A program made the position numbers and the translations under genes. The notes below the pieces were generated by a model. That model did not search any database. It was not told the DNA's origin and was given only the letters and a program-made list of their open reading frames with translations. Positions 63,791 to 64,000 of a stretch of DNA of 64,000 nt are shown one piece after another. The stretch comes from Lytechinus pictus (Eukaryota): assembly GCF_037042905.1 (NCBI RefSeq), contig NC_087250.1:21020001-21084000 (forward strand). The letters are read 5' to 3'. Numbering within the stretch: position 1 is the stretch's first letter; the number at the start of each line of letters is the position of its first letter.

Positions 63791-64000
63791 AACGAATTAA
63801 TGGTAAAAACGGTTTAAATCGATTACAATATTGATATTATATAATAAAAAAAAATAATATAATTTATTTATACAAAAATAAACGGAGCCGTGGCCGAGTG
63901 GACTAAGGCGCCTAACATCACTTTTAAATGCACTGTCAATGATTATAAAGTCATTCATCTTTTTTTTTTTTTTTTTTATTATGTTTAAAGGCTTTTCAGT

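Noticed and set aside
63884..63915. tRNA gene start ggagccgtggccgagtggactaaggcg
   Set aside because: Only an A-box/D-arm fragment with no B box; probably a truncated SINE head

Overview
AT-rich animal genomic DNA with no intact host gene. The repeat repertoire suggests an invertebrate deuterostome, probably a sea urchin (inference). The window is almost entirely layered transposable elements on an old tandem segmental duplication. Best-supported elements: (1) a full-length Gypsy LTR retrotransposon with Gmr1-type order gag-PR-IN-RT-RH, apparently identical 254-bp LTRs, a CTAC TSD, tRNA-Pro PBS and PPT (30840-37617); (2) a full-length PAT-like DIRS tyrosine-recombinase retrotransposon with split direct repeats A1..B1-A2-B2 (51255-57322, minus), inserted into the end of a DD35E Tc1-like remnant; (3) a decayed L1/Tx1-type LINE with an unusual long hydrophobic upstream frame; (4) a 5-kb foldback-like element with minisatellite TIRs that splits a SINE; (5) a Helentron-type HINE carrying a satellite; and many MITEs and LINE fragments. 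Most notable candidates for novelty: a short element with a 7SL(Alu-domain)-like head and a Deu/Nin-like core (63610-63790); three tRNA-shaped units with a UCA (opal/Sec) anticodon in an inverted-plus-tandem repeat (43840-44810); and an 18-kb diverged palindrome hidden by nested insertions (19168-37641). All comparisons were made by eye; no searches were run.
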